Shown: in pieces, positions 50,623 to 60,282 of the stretch | How the letters are laid out: every line of letters starts with the position of its first letter | Numbering within the stretch: the first letter of the stretch is position 1 | NCBI GenBank assembly: GCA_964490075.1 | Contig: CAZBBK010000035.1 | Location: 1 to 60,282, forward strand | From: an uncultured Gemmatimonadota bacterium | GTDB lineage: Bacteria; GCA-2686955 | Reading direction: 5' to 3' | DNA length: 60,282 bases | The notes under the pieces: generated by a model | Seen by the model: the letters and a program-made list of their open reading frames with translations, nothing else | Databases searched by the model: none | Told to the model about the DNA's origin: nothing | Position numbers and translations under genes: made by a program

Positions 50623-52100
50623 GGCATGCTGGCAGGGAAGAAACCCCCACCGCTCAGCAAGCGCTGAGTGAGCAGAGACAGGAGCTTCGCGTCCCAGGTC
50701 ATCGTCAGCGCGTGAGCCTCCCAGCGGGAACGGTATCGGTGGCTGAAGAACCGGAGGACTCCGGTTGCGAGCCGGGGCGCTCCGAGCCCGGTCAGAAGCC
50801 TCCTTCCATCGATCAGCTTCGAGGTGACCATCAGAAACTCCATGTGAGACTTGTCCTGAATCCACGGCGCCGAGATGTTGTGCCGGTTGAATCGGCTCCA
50901 CCCTTCCAGACTCTCCGGTGGCTGGAAACCGTTCTCCAGAGCCAGGTCGTACAGGGCCGACCCGGGATAGGGGACGAACACGTAGAAGCCGGCCACGTGT
51001 GCGTTCGGGTTGGAGGCCGTCAGGTCGAGGATAAGATTCACGGTGGACTTCAGCTCTTCCTCCGTCTCCGTCGGAAAACCCATCATGAAGTTGTAGGTCG
51101 CCTGGATGCCTGTGCTCGCGAGGGCCGCGTTGGCGGCGCGGTACTGCTCCACCGTCTCTTGTTTCTTGACCAGCTCGAGGATCCTGTTGGAGCCGCTCTC
51201 GAGCCCCAGCTGGAGGGAACGCATACCGTTTCTCTCGAGCATCGGGAGGTCGAGATGGAGCAGGTCGTCCATGCGGGTCTGGGCGTACCAGTCGAAAGCG
51301 CCGCCGATCCTTTCGGCGATCCGGGCGCCGCGCTTCCGGTCTACGAAGAACTCTTCGTCATGGAATTCTATGGCATCCAAGCCGTAGCGGTCCTTCAACG
51401 CGATCGTGCGCTCGGCAACCATGTCGGGATCCATGCGCCGCCACCTCCTGTTGGACAGGACCGGCTGGCAGCAGAAGGTACAGGCGTACGGACACCCGGA
51501 GGATGTGATGAACGGCATACTCCGCACCTTGCGCCCGAAGAACAGGTTTCCCGAGACGTAGTTCTCGACGTCAACGAGATCGTACGGGATCTCTGGCGCG
51601 GTCGTGGGATCGACGAAGTCGTATCCCGACCCCTGGACCGTGACCGAGTCTTCCGTCTTGAAGGCGATGTTGGAGATCGCCCTCCAATCGCGCCGGGCTC
51701 TGAAGGCGTCCACCAGGCGCCGGAAGGTGGCCTCTCCCTCGCCCATCACCACGATGTCGACCAGGGGGTGGCGGGCCGTCTGCTCGGGAAGGAGTGTCGG
51801 GTGGTTCCCCCCCCAAACAATGGGCACTTCCGGGGCAATCTGCCGGGTCCACGCGGCGGCCCTCAGCCCGTAGTGGATCTGCGTGCCGGTCATCGAGGAA
51901 ATGCCGACGCACAGAGTGTCCCCCGTCAAGTGCTTGCGGATCGACTCCCGCCAGTGGGGATCGGTCCGCTGGTCGACGATCGCCACCTCGTAGTCGTCGG
52001 TCAGCGTAGACGCGACGGTGAGGACCGACAAAGGCAGCCACACCGTGACCCCCCTGACGTCCAAGCCGGTGACGGGATAGACGAGGATGACGTCCGCCAC
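50619..52100 (-). CDS. B12-binding radical SAM protein
   Basis: WGGNHPT, GEGEAT, SSGCPYACTFC, GLESGS, FMMGFPTET, PYPGS. Confidence 0.93.
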   Translation of the reverse strand: MADVILVYPVTGLDVRGVTVWLPLSVLTVASTLTDDYEVAIVDQRTDPHWRESIRKHLTGDTLCVGISSMTGTQIHYGLRAAAWTRQIAPEVPIVWGGNHPTLLPEQTARHPLVDIVVMGEGEATFRRLVDAFRARRDWRAISNIAFKTEDSVTVQGSGYDFVDPTTAPEIPYDLVDVENYVSGNLFFGRKVRSMPFITSSGCPYACTFCCQPVLSNRRWRRMDPDMVAERTIALKDRYGLDAIEFHDEEFFVDRKRGARIAERIGGAFDWYAQTRMDDLLHLDLPMLERNGMRSLQLGLESGSNRILELVKKQETVEQYRAANAALASTGIQATYNFMMGFPTETEEELKSTVNLILDLTASNPNAHVAGFYVFVPYPGSALYDLALENGFQPPESLEGWSRFNRHNISAPWIQDKSHMEFLMVTSKLIDGRRLLTGLGAPRLATGVLRFFSHRYRSRWEAHALTMTWDAKLLSLLTQRLLSGGGFFPASMP

Positions 52101-52839
52101 AGAATCTCCAGTTCCGGGTCGATCGAGCACGGTCCCGGGGGATCAGGATCCCCGAACGCTCCGCGGGATAGCCTTCGAGAGGATCTAGCGGAGGAACCGC
52201 GGTTACTCGTCAACTTTCTCCGCTAGCGCGCGGTCTTTGAGCTCGAGGGCCTCCGCCTCCCTCCGGCAGTCGGCGCAGACCGAGCCCAGGCAGACGTCCG
52301 CCGGCGGCCCTCCCTGTTCCAGCGGATGGCGCTCTGGATGACCGTCCCGGCGCAGCCGTTCTTGTCTTCGCAGAGCGCGTTGTCTCAATGATACCACTCC
52401 TTCATGCCCATCTACCACCGAGTCGGCTTCCGAAGGATTCCGGAGCACCCACCGGTTCTTGCCCAGATTCTGGTATCGGAGGGCCGCACGCCGCCGAGCG
52501 ATCCCCGGGAGAGGTCTCCGCTCGGGACGACGTAGGTGGCCCCGCTGGGACAGGCCCGCCTCGTCCGGAGCACGCAGTTCTTCCGTATTCCGCCAGTCAT
52601 CCCCCGCGCCCTGGAGAAGCCTCGCCCCCCGCAGCACCTCCCGGTACCGAAGCTCCGTCGTCGGACTCATCTCCAATAGTCTGCCCACTTCTCGGCAGCA
52701 TTCGCCCAGGCGCCGAGCCACGAGGCCCGCGTGCTGGACATCCACATCCTCCGCCGAGCCCCCGGGGACGAGCGCAGCCGGAACCAAGCCGTCCCGCTCG
52801 ACATCGGGCGGGACACCCCGGAAGTTCCGAGGACAGCTT

Positions 52840-54687
52840 CTATTCGGACATCGCTGGGAACACACCGCCGCAGAGCATGGAATCGAATGCTCCAAGATCG
52901 GAGTCACTCTCGATGAAGTCACTGACCTCACACAGCACCCGGTCGGCCACGTCAGCCAGTTGCGCGTTGACCGGACCCCACTCCTCCGGCTCCAGGCTGG
53001 CGAGGAGCGAGAACCCCAGAAAGACGCCCAGCTCGTAAAAGAGACCTACGTCCTGCCAACGCAACTCCGAGAAGCTGTGGGCTTCGGAACTCGCCACGTA
53101 CTCCAGCTCCTGCGGCATACAACACAGTAGTCTCCGTTCCTTCCGGTTCAGGGCATCTTCCGCAATACCCAGCGGGCCGCGCCCCAAGACTCGATTGCCA
53201 GGCAGGGAGAGCACGGGATCGACTTGGTAGCCATCGAACGGCACTCCCATGCCTCGAACGAGCGCTTCGACCTGGATTCGGTCGAGTCCCATTCCATCCA
53301 CGTGCCAAACCACGGACCTCAACGGAGCCTGGTGCGCATGCCTCATGCCCAGCAGACCGAGGCGAACCATGAGCGAGGTATCCAGAGACCAGCCCTGGGA
53401 CCACGTTGCTCGACCACCCAACCATCGGGCATCCTGGACGCGGCTCAGCGACAACACGAGGGCGAGCACTCCCAGAATCGGCCGCGACCAGCGCGAAACC
53501 GCTGGCCCGAATCTCTCGAGGGCCCTCGGGATGAGCTCACCCAACACGATCCCTTGCGTCGTGAGCGTCAGGAGGACCGCGCTGACCACGAATCGGGGCC
53601 CGAACGCCTGGGCTCGCCAGACGAGCGAGTAGAGCAGGACCGTGAAGCCGATGAAGGAGAGCACCGCTGCGCGCAGGCGCAGCGATCGATCCCGCAGCGC
53701 CAGCAGTGCGGCCAACGCGAGCCACAGGGGCGAGGTGGCCGCTGCCAGATGGAACCTGCCCCCTGGCCACGTCGGCGCCACGAAGGGCCCGACCGTTTCG
53801 GCCCAGTACGCGGAAAGCCCCTCCGTCCCGCCGTCCACCGCCCACGCTCCCGATACGGCCTCTCTCGGGTCCATTTCGTAGGGGAAGACGAGAAAGAACA
53901 TCTGGTCCGGCCAGTACGCGACGAGAGCCAGGCACGCCCCAGGCAGGAGTCCCAGAAGAGCCCACGGCAGCAAACGAAGCAATCCGCCCATACCCAGCTT
54001 CTTCACCCACACGGCCGCGGGCACGATGGCGCAGACCGCGATCCAGACCATCATCGACTGGCAGTAGTACTGCCCAATGCCCAGAACAACGCCTGAAGCG
54101 CAGATCATGGCGCGCGCCGTCCAACGGGACCCGGCCACCTGGGCCTCGAGCGCGCCCATTGTCAGGCCCAGGCTGGCGACCGCGAAGAGGGCCATTTCGC
54201 TGTGATTGCCCATGAAGTACAGCGCCATGATTATGCTGCGCGCTGGTAGCAGGGCGTGAAAGACCCCAACGAGCAATACGGTCAGAGCACCGAGCTCGTC
54301 CCGGAGAACCCAAACGAGCACGACGAAGACCGCAACGGACGTCAGAGTTGCCAGCAGTCGCGCCAGAGCGGCGTGGGGGAGGCCCAGCGGATGTAGAAGA
54401 GCGCAGATGAAAGCGTTGATTCGGTGGCCGCCGACGTAGCCCCTGTAGTCGGAGTCCACGACCATGCGCAGCTGGTCTGCCAACGACAAGTCACGGACGT
54501 CGCTCACCAACGCCTCCATCCAGAGTGTATCCTCCATCGATATGGCCGCCTCCCCCGTGAAGGCCGCACGAAGCTGAACGAACGCAATGAGGCTGCTGGA
54601 AAACAGCACCGCCACCAGCTGCAAACGTCGGTTTCGAATCCCGGGGCTGGGGTGATTCATCACACGAAACGCCCCCCCCCATCCCAT
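52840..54687 (-). CDS. Polytopic membrane protein (GT-C-like candidate)
   Basis: 615-aa ORF with many hydrophobic helices; FMGNHSE loop. Confidence 0.6.
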   Translation of the reverse strand: MGWGGAFRVMNHPSPGIRNRRLQLVAVLFSSSLIAFVQLRAAFTGEAAISMEDTLWMEALVSDVRDLSLADQLRMVVDSDYRGYVGGHRINAFICALLHPLGLPHAALARLLATLTSVAVFVVLVWVLRDELGALTVLLVGVFHALLPARSIIMALYFMGNHSEMALFAVASLGLTMGALEAQVAGSRWTARAMICASGVVLGIGQYYCQSMMVWIAVCAIVPAAVWVKKLGMGGLLRLLPWALLGLLPGACLALVAYWPDQMFFLVFPYEMDPREAVSGAWAVDGGTEGLSAYWAETVGPFVAPTWPGGRFHLAAATSPLWLALAALLALRDRSLRLRAAVLSFIGFTVLLYSLVWRAQAFGPRFVVSAVLLTLTTQGIVLGELIPRALERFGPAVSRWSRPILGVLALVLSLSRVQDARWLGGRATWSQGWSLDTSLMVRLGLLGMRHAHQAPLRSVVWHVDGMGLDRIQVEALVRGMGVPFDGYQVDPVLSLPGNRVLGRGPLGIAEDALNRKERRLLCCMPQELEYVASSEAHSFSELRWQDVGLFYELGVFLGFSLLASLEPEEWGPVNAQLADVADRVLCEVSDFIESDSDLGAFDSMLCGGVFPAMSE

Positions 54688-55117
54688 GGAGTACGCCCCT
54701 CGCCGATCGCGCAGTCTGGCTCGCCGAGCGACCTGCGGTCGAGGGTCACGATCGCGCGACGATGATCCCGTGGGCTGGTGTCAGCCGTCGCGAGCGGTTT
54801 CGGGCGGACAGTGGCGCTGGCTCTGTGGCTCCCGGGTTGGCGGAGACCGGTGCGGCCCTGGATTCCGCGCGTCATGCAGACCATGGACTGATCCTATCCT
54901 CGATCGAGTCGCCCCAATACCGAGAAACGAGCGAACGGCCGTGCTACGTGCGACCGAGAGTATGGCCTCTACGCCGGAACTGAGGCGCTCGCGCCGCCGA
55001 CAGGTTTCCATCGCGCAGATCGGCTCCTGCGCATCCCTGCTCAGGGCTTCGCGTGCAGCCACGGGAACCTGGACGATCCCGACCGGAGCGCTCCCATCGG
55101 TCACCCAGCACGGCCCG

Positions 55118-57397
55118 CTAGCGCCCCTCCACACCGCCGAAGATGATCTCCAGCTCGCATCCGCTCGGCTCCTCGACCCCCCGCAGGAGCAGATTCAGCC
55201 TGTCGATGGAGCCCGCGAGTGCCCACTCCATGGAGCTGCGCACCGCCAGCCGATATATTTGCTGCCCGCCGTCGGCCAGCAAGTCGAATCGGATGCGCGG
55301 CACGGGAGCGTCCCAGTCGGGCGCCCGGTTCCACCAAAGCTCGCCAACCCATTGGTGCTCCGCCCCACAACGGGATCCGTCCTCGCGAATCGGAGTCGCG
55401 GCCAGCTCCACCCACAATGTGTCGCTCGTCCAGATCGCGTGGCCCGACTGGGGGTCCAGCTCAGGGCCTCGCAGATAGGTACGCCAGCTCGTGGAGGCGT
55501 GCCCGTCGGGGCCCGGTGTGCCCAGCAGGACCTCGCTCTCCGACTCCCGGATCGACCAGCGGCCCGGCTCCAGGGTGACCGGCACAGACCGCTCCGTCGG
55601 TATGCGCGCCTCGAGGGCCTCCGCCAGCTGCTCGGTCAGGTCCGTCAGCTGGCGCTCCGCCGCATCCCACCGATAGACGAAGTCCGACTCCCCGAGAGAC
55701 AACTCCTCCGGGGGTGTGACGGGGGCCTCTCCGTCCGGCGTCATGACCATCAAATTGCGCTCGGCCTTCGCCATGCGATAGTAGTCCGCGTCGCCGCTGA
55801 TGGTCTGGTAGTGCTCGCGAACTCGCCACAGGAACTCGTAGTTGGTGTCGACCGTGCCGTGGAGCATCGATCCAGGGGGCGGGGTGCGTTCCAGCGCCTG
55901 GAACCGTTCGATGTAGTCGCGTGAATTGCGACCCGTCTCGATCCATGGCTGGGAGTATTGGTGTCCCCAGCGGGTCTGGAAGGCCACCGCGAGTGCCAGA
56001 ACGACGATTCGAAAGGGCATCAGCCAACGCCATGCGAAGTCGCCGACCAGGACGTAGGCCAGCATCGGTGCGTAGATGACGCCGCTCAGGTAGAAGCGTT
56101 TGGCCGTTGCCTCGCGCAAGTTGTCCTCGGAAGGGAAGTACGAGATTACCGGGATCACGATGAGGAAGATTGCGGCGATGAAGAAGAGAATGAGCCGTCG
56201 GTCGAGCCAACGTCGGAGGAGAAGACAGAAGATAATGATCGCAGCGGCGGCGGCGAAGCCGAGACGCAGCCGGTCATCTGCCACACCTTGGTGCAGTGGT
56301 GCGAGAAAGAGGACCTTGGGATAGGACACGAACAACGAGTGGATCATCTCACGACTCGGCATCAAGTAGCCGGTGAGCGTGTAGCTCGTGGCCGTTTCGC
56401 CCTCGTTCGACGATAGCGGCACCAGTCCGCCCATGATCTCGCCGAGGCAGTACAGTCTCATTCCCGCGTTGAACAGGAGGAGCCCCCAGAATGGCGCGAG
56501 TCGAATGACGCGCTTTCGAATGGTGCTAGTCGTCAGCACGAGATCGTAGAGCGTGATCATAGCCGGCAATGTCACGGCGATCTCTTTGCTGAAGAGGGCC
56601 AGAAAGGTGGAGACGAACGCGGCGGCGTACCAACCTCGCGTGGCGCCGACTTGGCTACCGGCATCCTCTCGAAGTCCACGGAATCGGACGTATGCCATGA
56701 GTGCACATGCGTAGAAGAGGATGGTGGCAGTTTCCTCCCGAAGAGCCACGTATGTCACGGGTTCCGCGCCGAATGGAAAAGACGCGAAAAGGGCGCCGGC
56801 CCCGCATGCGAAGATCAGGCTTCGAAGCAGGCTCCACGCGAAGAGGGCGACGCATACGCTCGCCAGTGCGTGGGCGAAGAGAGTCGTGAAATGCCAGCCC
56901 GCGGGCTCCAGCCGCCAGATGGCGTAGTCGATGGCGCTCATGTAGACTGGGATCTGGCGGAACATGCGCGGGCCGGTGTGCTGGAAGAAGTATGCGCCGA
57001 TCGTCTGCGGCGATCGCGACTCGACCATGATCTTGGCGGGTTGGATGTGGTTCATGTGGTCGTCCCAGAAGAACCCACTCTGCAACACGACCCGGAAGTG
57101 ATAGACGACTGCGGCGGCGAGGATGACGAGGAAGAGAACGAGCGCGATCCGGACGGCGCGACCCGGACTCCGACCGGGTCGGGGGACGGCGGGCGCGAGC
57201 TGGGGTAGCACCAACCAGTGCGCGATGACCCACACGATCAAGGCAATGAAGCAGGCTTCGGCCGAGAGCTGGACCGGCACCAACGACGCCAACGGATTGA
57301 TCTCCACCCGGACGGAAGCGATGGAGAGGAAGGCGAGGGTTCCCGCAACGAGCCCGGATGCGACTCTCCACACGATCGCGGCGCGCCTGTCCATCAA
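55118..57397 (-). CDS. Polytopic membrane GT-C (PMT/TMTC-like) glycosyltransferase candidate
   Basis: GFFWDD, MFRQI, GWHFTTLFAH, EPVTYVALR, ALFSKEIAVTLP, KRFYL. Confidence 0.72.
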   Translation of the reverse strand: MMDRRAAIVWRVASGLVAGTLAFLSIASVRVEINPLASLVPVQLSAEACFIALIVWVIAHWLVLPQLAPAVPRPGRSPGRAVRIALVLFLVILAAAVVYHFRVVLQSGFFWDDHMNHIQPAKIMVESRSPQTIGAYFFQHTGPRMFRQIPVYMSAIDYAIWRLEPAGWHFTTLFAHALASVCVALFAWSLLRSLIFACGAGALFASFPFGAEPVTYVALREETATILFYACALMAYVRFRGLREDAGSQVGATRGWYAAAFVSTFLALFSKEIAVTLPAMITLYDLVLTTSTIRKRVIRLAPFWGLLLFNAGMRLYCLGEIMGGLVPLSSNEGETATSYTLTGYLMPSREMIHSLFVSYPKVLFLAPLHQGVADDRLRLGFAAAAAIIIFCLLLRRWLDRRLILFFIAAIFLIVIPVISYFPSEDNLREATAKRFYLSGVIYAPMLAYVLVGDFAWRWLMPFRIVVLALAVAFQTRWGHQYSQPWIETGRNSRDYIERFQALERTPPPGSMLHGTVDTNYEFLWRVREHYQTISGDADYYRMAKAERNLMVMTPDGEAPVTPPEELSLGESDFVYRWDAAERQLTDLTEQLAEALEARIPTERSVPVTLEPGRWSIRESESEVLLGTPGPDGHASTSWRTYLRGPELDPQSGHAIWTSDTLWVELAATPIREDGSRCGAEHQWVGELWWNRAPDWDAPVPRIRFDLLADGGQQIYRLAVRSSMEWALAGSIDRLNLLLRGVEEPSGCELEIIFGGVEGR

Positions 57398-58305
57398 GAC
57401 GAGGGTCCCCGCACGACTCCACGGCTCGAGACCGATTCGCGACCGTCATCGTGGCGGGGGTTACGGTGCTTTGCGCTCATGGTCCTGGCGTGGCCCGCTG
57501 CCCGGCGCCCCTGGGAGATCGAGGACGGAGTCGTGACACGGGGCGTGCCCTCGGCATTGTAGCGATGCAGACCTGCGGTGACGAGGGATCGGTCGAGGGC
57601 AACGTGCTCGCGGCGGACTGGACGTCGACGGGACCCACCGTATCACCGGCGCTCCGGCGTCGGGCATGCGCGGGTCTCGAGCCCCCGGGGAACGAGCCCA
57701 GGCAGGGAAGCGGGCGGCGCGGCGCGCGTCGTCGAATCGAAGCGACGGCCTGGCCGGCGGCAGGGGGAGGGTGGGCGAACCGATCCCGTTCGGGCCGCCA
57801 TTGGGGCTCCACGCGGCGCCCCAGTCGATCGCGGTGCTGCGCGCCCGATCTCCTGCCCCGCGCTGAGCGACGCCCGTCCAAGATCTCGTGAACCTCACCG
57901 GCGTGACGATCGTCCGCTCATTCCCGGGGCACACTCCGAGAATCTACACCCCCGCACGCACCCGGCCCGACCGCCCCTCCTCACCGCGCACGACCGCCCG
58001 CCACCGCAGCTGAAACGCAAACGCATCGAGCCAACGGTGGTCGAGGGGAGAGCCGTCGTTGTAGACGAAGTGGATCGGGATCTCGACGGGGAAGCGCGCA
58101 GCCAGGCGGGACGCGGGTTCGCTGCTAGGCTCTCGACGCTCGCGGCGAGTCGACGGAGGACGGATCTCGGGGGCCCCGAAGAAGGCGAGACGCGCATACC
58201 AGCACCTGACGCCAGAAGAACGCGCTCCGGTGTTGCGGGAGCCGCTGGAGCGGGTCGTCGGTAAGGCTGCCGCCAAGGAGCGCCGCGGGCGGAGGTAGGA
58301 ATCGG

Positions 58306-58850
58306 ATGGACGAGGCCAGGCTCATCGAGAAACTGCGCTTGATCGAGGCGCTCTTCTCCGGTGCGACCACGGAGGGGGAGAAGGTCGCCGCCGAGCGGGC
58401 CAGGGTCCGCATGCTCGAGCGATTGAGGCGCCAGGAGGCGGAGGATTCGCCGGTCGAGTACCGATTCTCCATGGCGGACATGTGGTCCCGCAAGGTCTTC
58501 GTCGCCCTCCTGAGGCGCTACGGCATCCGGCCCTACCGATACAGCGTGGCCGGAGTTCCGAGAGATCTCGGAAACCCTCCGAAGCTACCTCTCCGAGGTG
58601 ACCGATCGAATCGTGGGGCAGGTGATCCACCAGGACGGCTCCGAGACCGAGGTCGTCGAGAAGCCGCGGCAGCTGTCGCTCGACCTCGAGGATCCGACGA
58701 GTACGGCGACGACGTCGACGACGCCACCAGCGACACAGGACGCCGGGCAGAAGACGGGCTCCGAGGATCGTCCGCGCGGTGTCGGTGTGGCGAATCGAGG
58801 CAAGACCAAGCGCAAGAGAGGAAGAAGCGCACGCGGCGCTGATGGAGTGC
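58306..58850 (+). pseudogene. Conserved hypothetical gene with an internal deletion or frameshift near 58546
   Basis: MDEARLIEKLRLIEALFSGATTEGE..RRYGIRPYRY continues in a shifted frame as WPEFREISETLRSYLSEVTDRIV; the 3' end is approximate. Confidence 0.6.
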
Positions 58851-58866
58851 CTCCTTGGAGGCAGGG

Positions 58867-59205
58867 ATGCCGACGAAGAAGCGACCAAACCAGAAGATGC
58901 AGGCGTGGATCGACGCAGGCAAGCGTCATCGGCTCTCCCACGCCCACCTCCAGATGGCGCGCGAGCTGGGGATGAACCCCCGGAAGCTGGGCAAGAGCGA
59001 CAACCGCGACCAGGAACCGTGGAAGGTCCCGCTGCGCGAGTACATCGAGCAGCTCTACCTCGAGCGATTCGGCGAGGAGCGTCCCGACATCGTGCTCTCG
59101 ATCGAGGAGAAGATCCAGATCGACGAGGCGAAGAAGGCCCGTAGACGAGAGGCGAAGAGGAGGGGGCGCCAGGACCTTGCCAATCGAGTGCGTCGTGGAT
59201 CCTGA
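58867..59205 (+). CDS. Conserved hypothetical protein
   Basis: GGAGG RBS; WIDAGKRHRLSHAHLQMARELGMNPRKLGK..QEPWKVPLREYIEQLYLERFG. Confidence 0.7.
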   Translation: MPTKKRPNQKMQAWIDAGKRHRLSHAHLQMARELGMNPRKLGKSDNRDQEPWKVPLREYIEQLYLERFGEERPDIVLSIEEKIQIDEAKKARRREAKRRGRQDLANRVRRGS

Positions 59206-59308
59206 CCGGGCCCGCGCGCGAGAGAAGCAACTCGAGCCACGAATAGCGCTCCCAACCGCCGTTTTCGGGCAACTCCTCGAGTCTCTGGGGCTGCTCGTCT
59301 ACCACGGT

Positions 59309-59380
59309 GTGCTCGGGATCGACGCCCTGGCCTGCCCGGATTGCGCGGGTGGCCGGCTCAAGCTCATCTGCGCATTCTGA
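59309..59380 (+). pseudogene. IS91/ISCR-type transposase C-terminal remnant
   Basis: VLGIDALACPDCAGGRLKLI resembles the V-x-x-ID-x-L-x-CP-x-CGG-x-M/L-x-I C-terminal zinc knuckle; same strand as, and about 270 bp before, the oriIS-like repeat. Confidence 0.5.
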
Positions 59381-59646
59381 GCTCGGTCGGCCTGCCGACC
59401 CGTGCGCCCCCGATCGAACCAGCGCGACCGCTCGATGAGCTCGAGCTCGACTTCGCCTGACGCCAGCCAGCCGATCGTCTCACGACTCGCGCGACCGTCC
59501 TCGTCCTCGGAAATACGCATGGCATGGCGCTCAAACCGCGCAAGGGGCGGAGCTTGCCCTGCCTGGCGACTCTCGGGAGCAGACCGGCTCACAAGCAAGC
59601 GCTATCGATCCGATGAGCTGCCGGAGAGCCACAGATGAGCTGCTCG

Positions 59647-59756
59647 GTGGGTTCCGGCGGGCTCCCAAAGGCTCTGGTGAAGAGGTGGAGGGGGCGCGAT
59701 GAGCTCGATCTCGGACCTGGCGAAGGACGAAAACCCGGTTTGAATGGCCTATCCGC
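59647..59756 (+). repeat. 110-bp direct repeat copy 2, IS91/ISCR oriIS-like end
   Basis: Two T/C differences from copy 1. Confidence 0.85.
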
Positions 59757-60196
59757 TGCTGGATCTGGCGCGCGGCCTGGTGCACGATCCGAGCGACTAC
59801 TACCTGGTCGACTTGCGCACCCCCGCCGCACCGCTCGAGGAGCGAATCCCCGGTGCCATGACCCTCCCCGACGACGACCCCGAGGCCCACTTCCTGGCCG
59901 ATCTGCCCCCCACCCGCACCCTGGTGCTCTACGGCGCGGCCGACCTGGAACGCCTTCCCGCCAGTGCCCAGAGCTACGCCGGCAAGGCGGCGACACTGCT
60001 GGGCGGCTTCAACGAATTCCAGGCGCGGGTGCTCACCGAGCCCGCCACGCCGACCAGAGCCACCCCCGCTGCGCTGTCCCATCACGCCCTGCGCTCCGCG
60101 CTGCACGCCCACTTCACCGGCACCGCCCCCGCCGCTCCGGTCGAGATCAAGCCGGTGAAGGTGAAGCGGGCGCGGAAGAAGGAGGGGGGGTGTTGA
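59757..60196 (+). pseudogene. Rhodanese-like C-terminal fragment (ending KKEGGC), 5'-truncated at the repeat end
   Basis: YYLVDLR..ERIPGAM..LVLYG..LLGGFNEF; the only in-frame ATG (59744) lies inside the repeat. Confidence 0.6.
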
Positions 60197-60223
60197 GGCA
60201 GGGGCTCGAATCCCGCCGGCTCA

Positions 60224-60282
60224 AGGGTCCTTCTTCGCGACCCCCAATCCATCGCGCAGCTTGCGGATGTCGAGCGCGACCT
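60224..60282 (-). CDS. 3' end of an unidentified gene (partial)
   Basis: Minus-strand ..VALDIRKLRDGLGVAKKDP* runs in from the window edge. Confidence 0.3.

Noticed and set aside
52138-52840. Small inverted repeats and ORF 52203-52931 as an attC site or IS remnant
   Set aside because: No proper RYYYAAC/GTTRRRY pairing and no recognisable transposase motif.
54690-55117. Possible integrase or transposase scrap between the two membrane genes
   Set aside because: No catalytic motifs found in any frame.
57461-58276. Minus-strand reading frame broken by a TAG at 57944
   Set aside because: It could be a pseudogene, but I recognise no family.

Overview
GC-rich bacterial DNA (about 70% GC by eye; no rRNA, tRNA or CRISPR array seen). 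Positions 1-37.3 kb are mostly housekeeping and cell-envelope genes: GH57, YhbY, GT4, a TPP enzyme, beta-helix proteins, cyclophilin, UbiA, a FabZ-like hotdog protein, TPR proteins, groES-groEL with a sigma54-type promoter motif, B12-radical SAM enzymes, DegT, a CRTAC1/ASPIC protein, a PHP-TPR protein and a HAD. Remnants of a BsuBI/PstI-type endonuclease and an AAA_21 ATPase pair lie among them. The main discovery is a complete two-target diversity-generating retroelement (DGR) at about 37.4-47.8 kb. It has a DGR-type RT (GLPIGNLTSQ, YMDD), an Avd, an extra HTH plus helical-bundle gene and a 142-bp template repeat (42545-42686, minus strand). Its two variable repeats (41189-41330 on +, 43835-43976 on -) differ from the template almost only at adenines (15/16 and 17/17 mismatches). 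Both targets are NLR-like STAND/NACHT proteins with a C-terminal FGE-sulfatase/C-type-lectin fold but different N-terminal effectors (tandem NDT/TIR-like versus calcineurin-like phosphoesterase), so they are candidate hypermutable immune receptors. To the right, an 11.3-kb radical SAM/glycosyltransferase island is bracketed by a 110-bp direct repeat ending in an IS91/ISCR-like oriIS motif, with a small IS91-type transposase remnant nearby.
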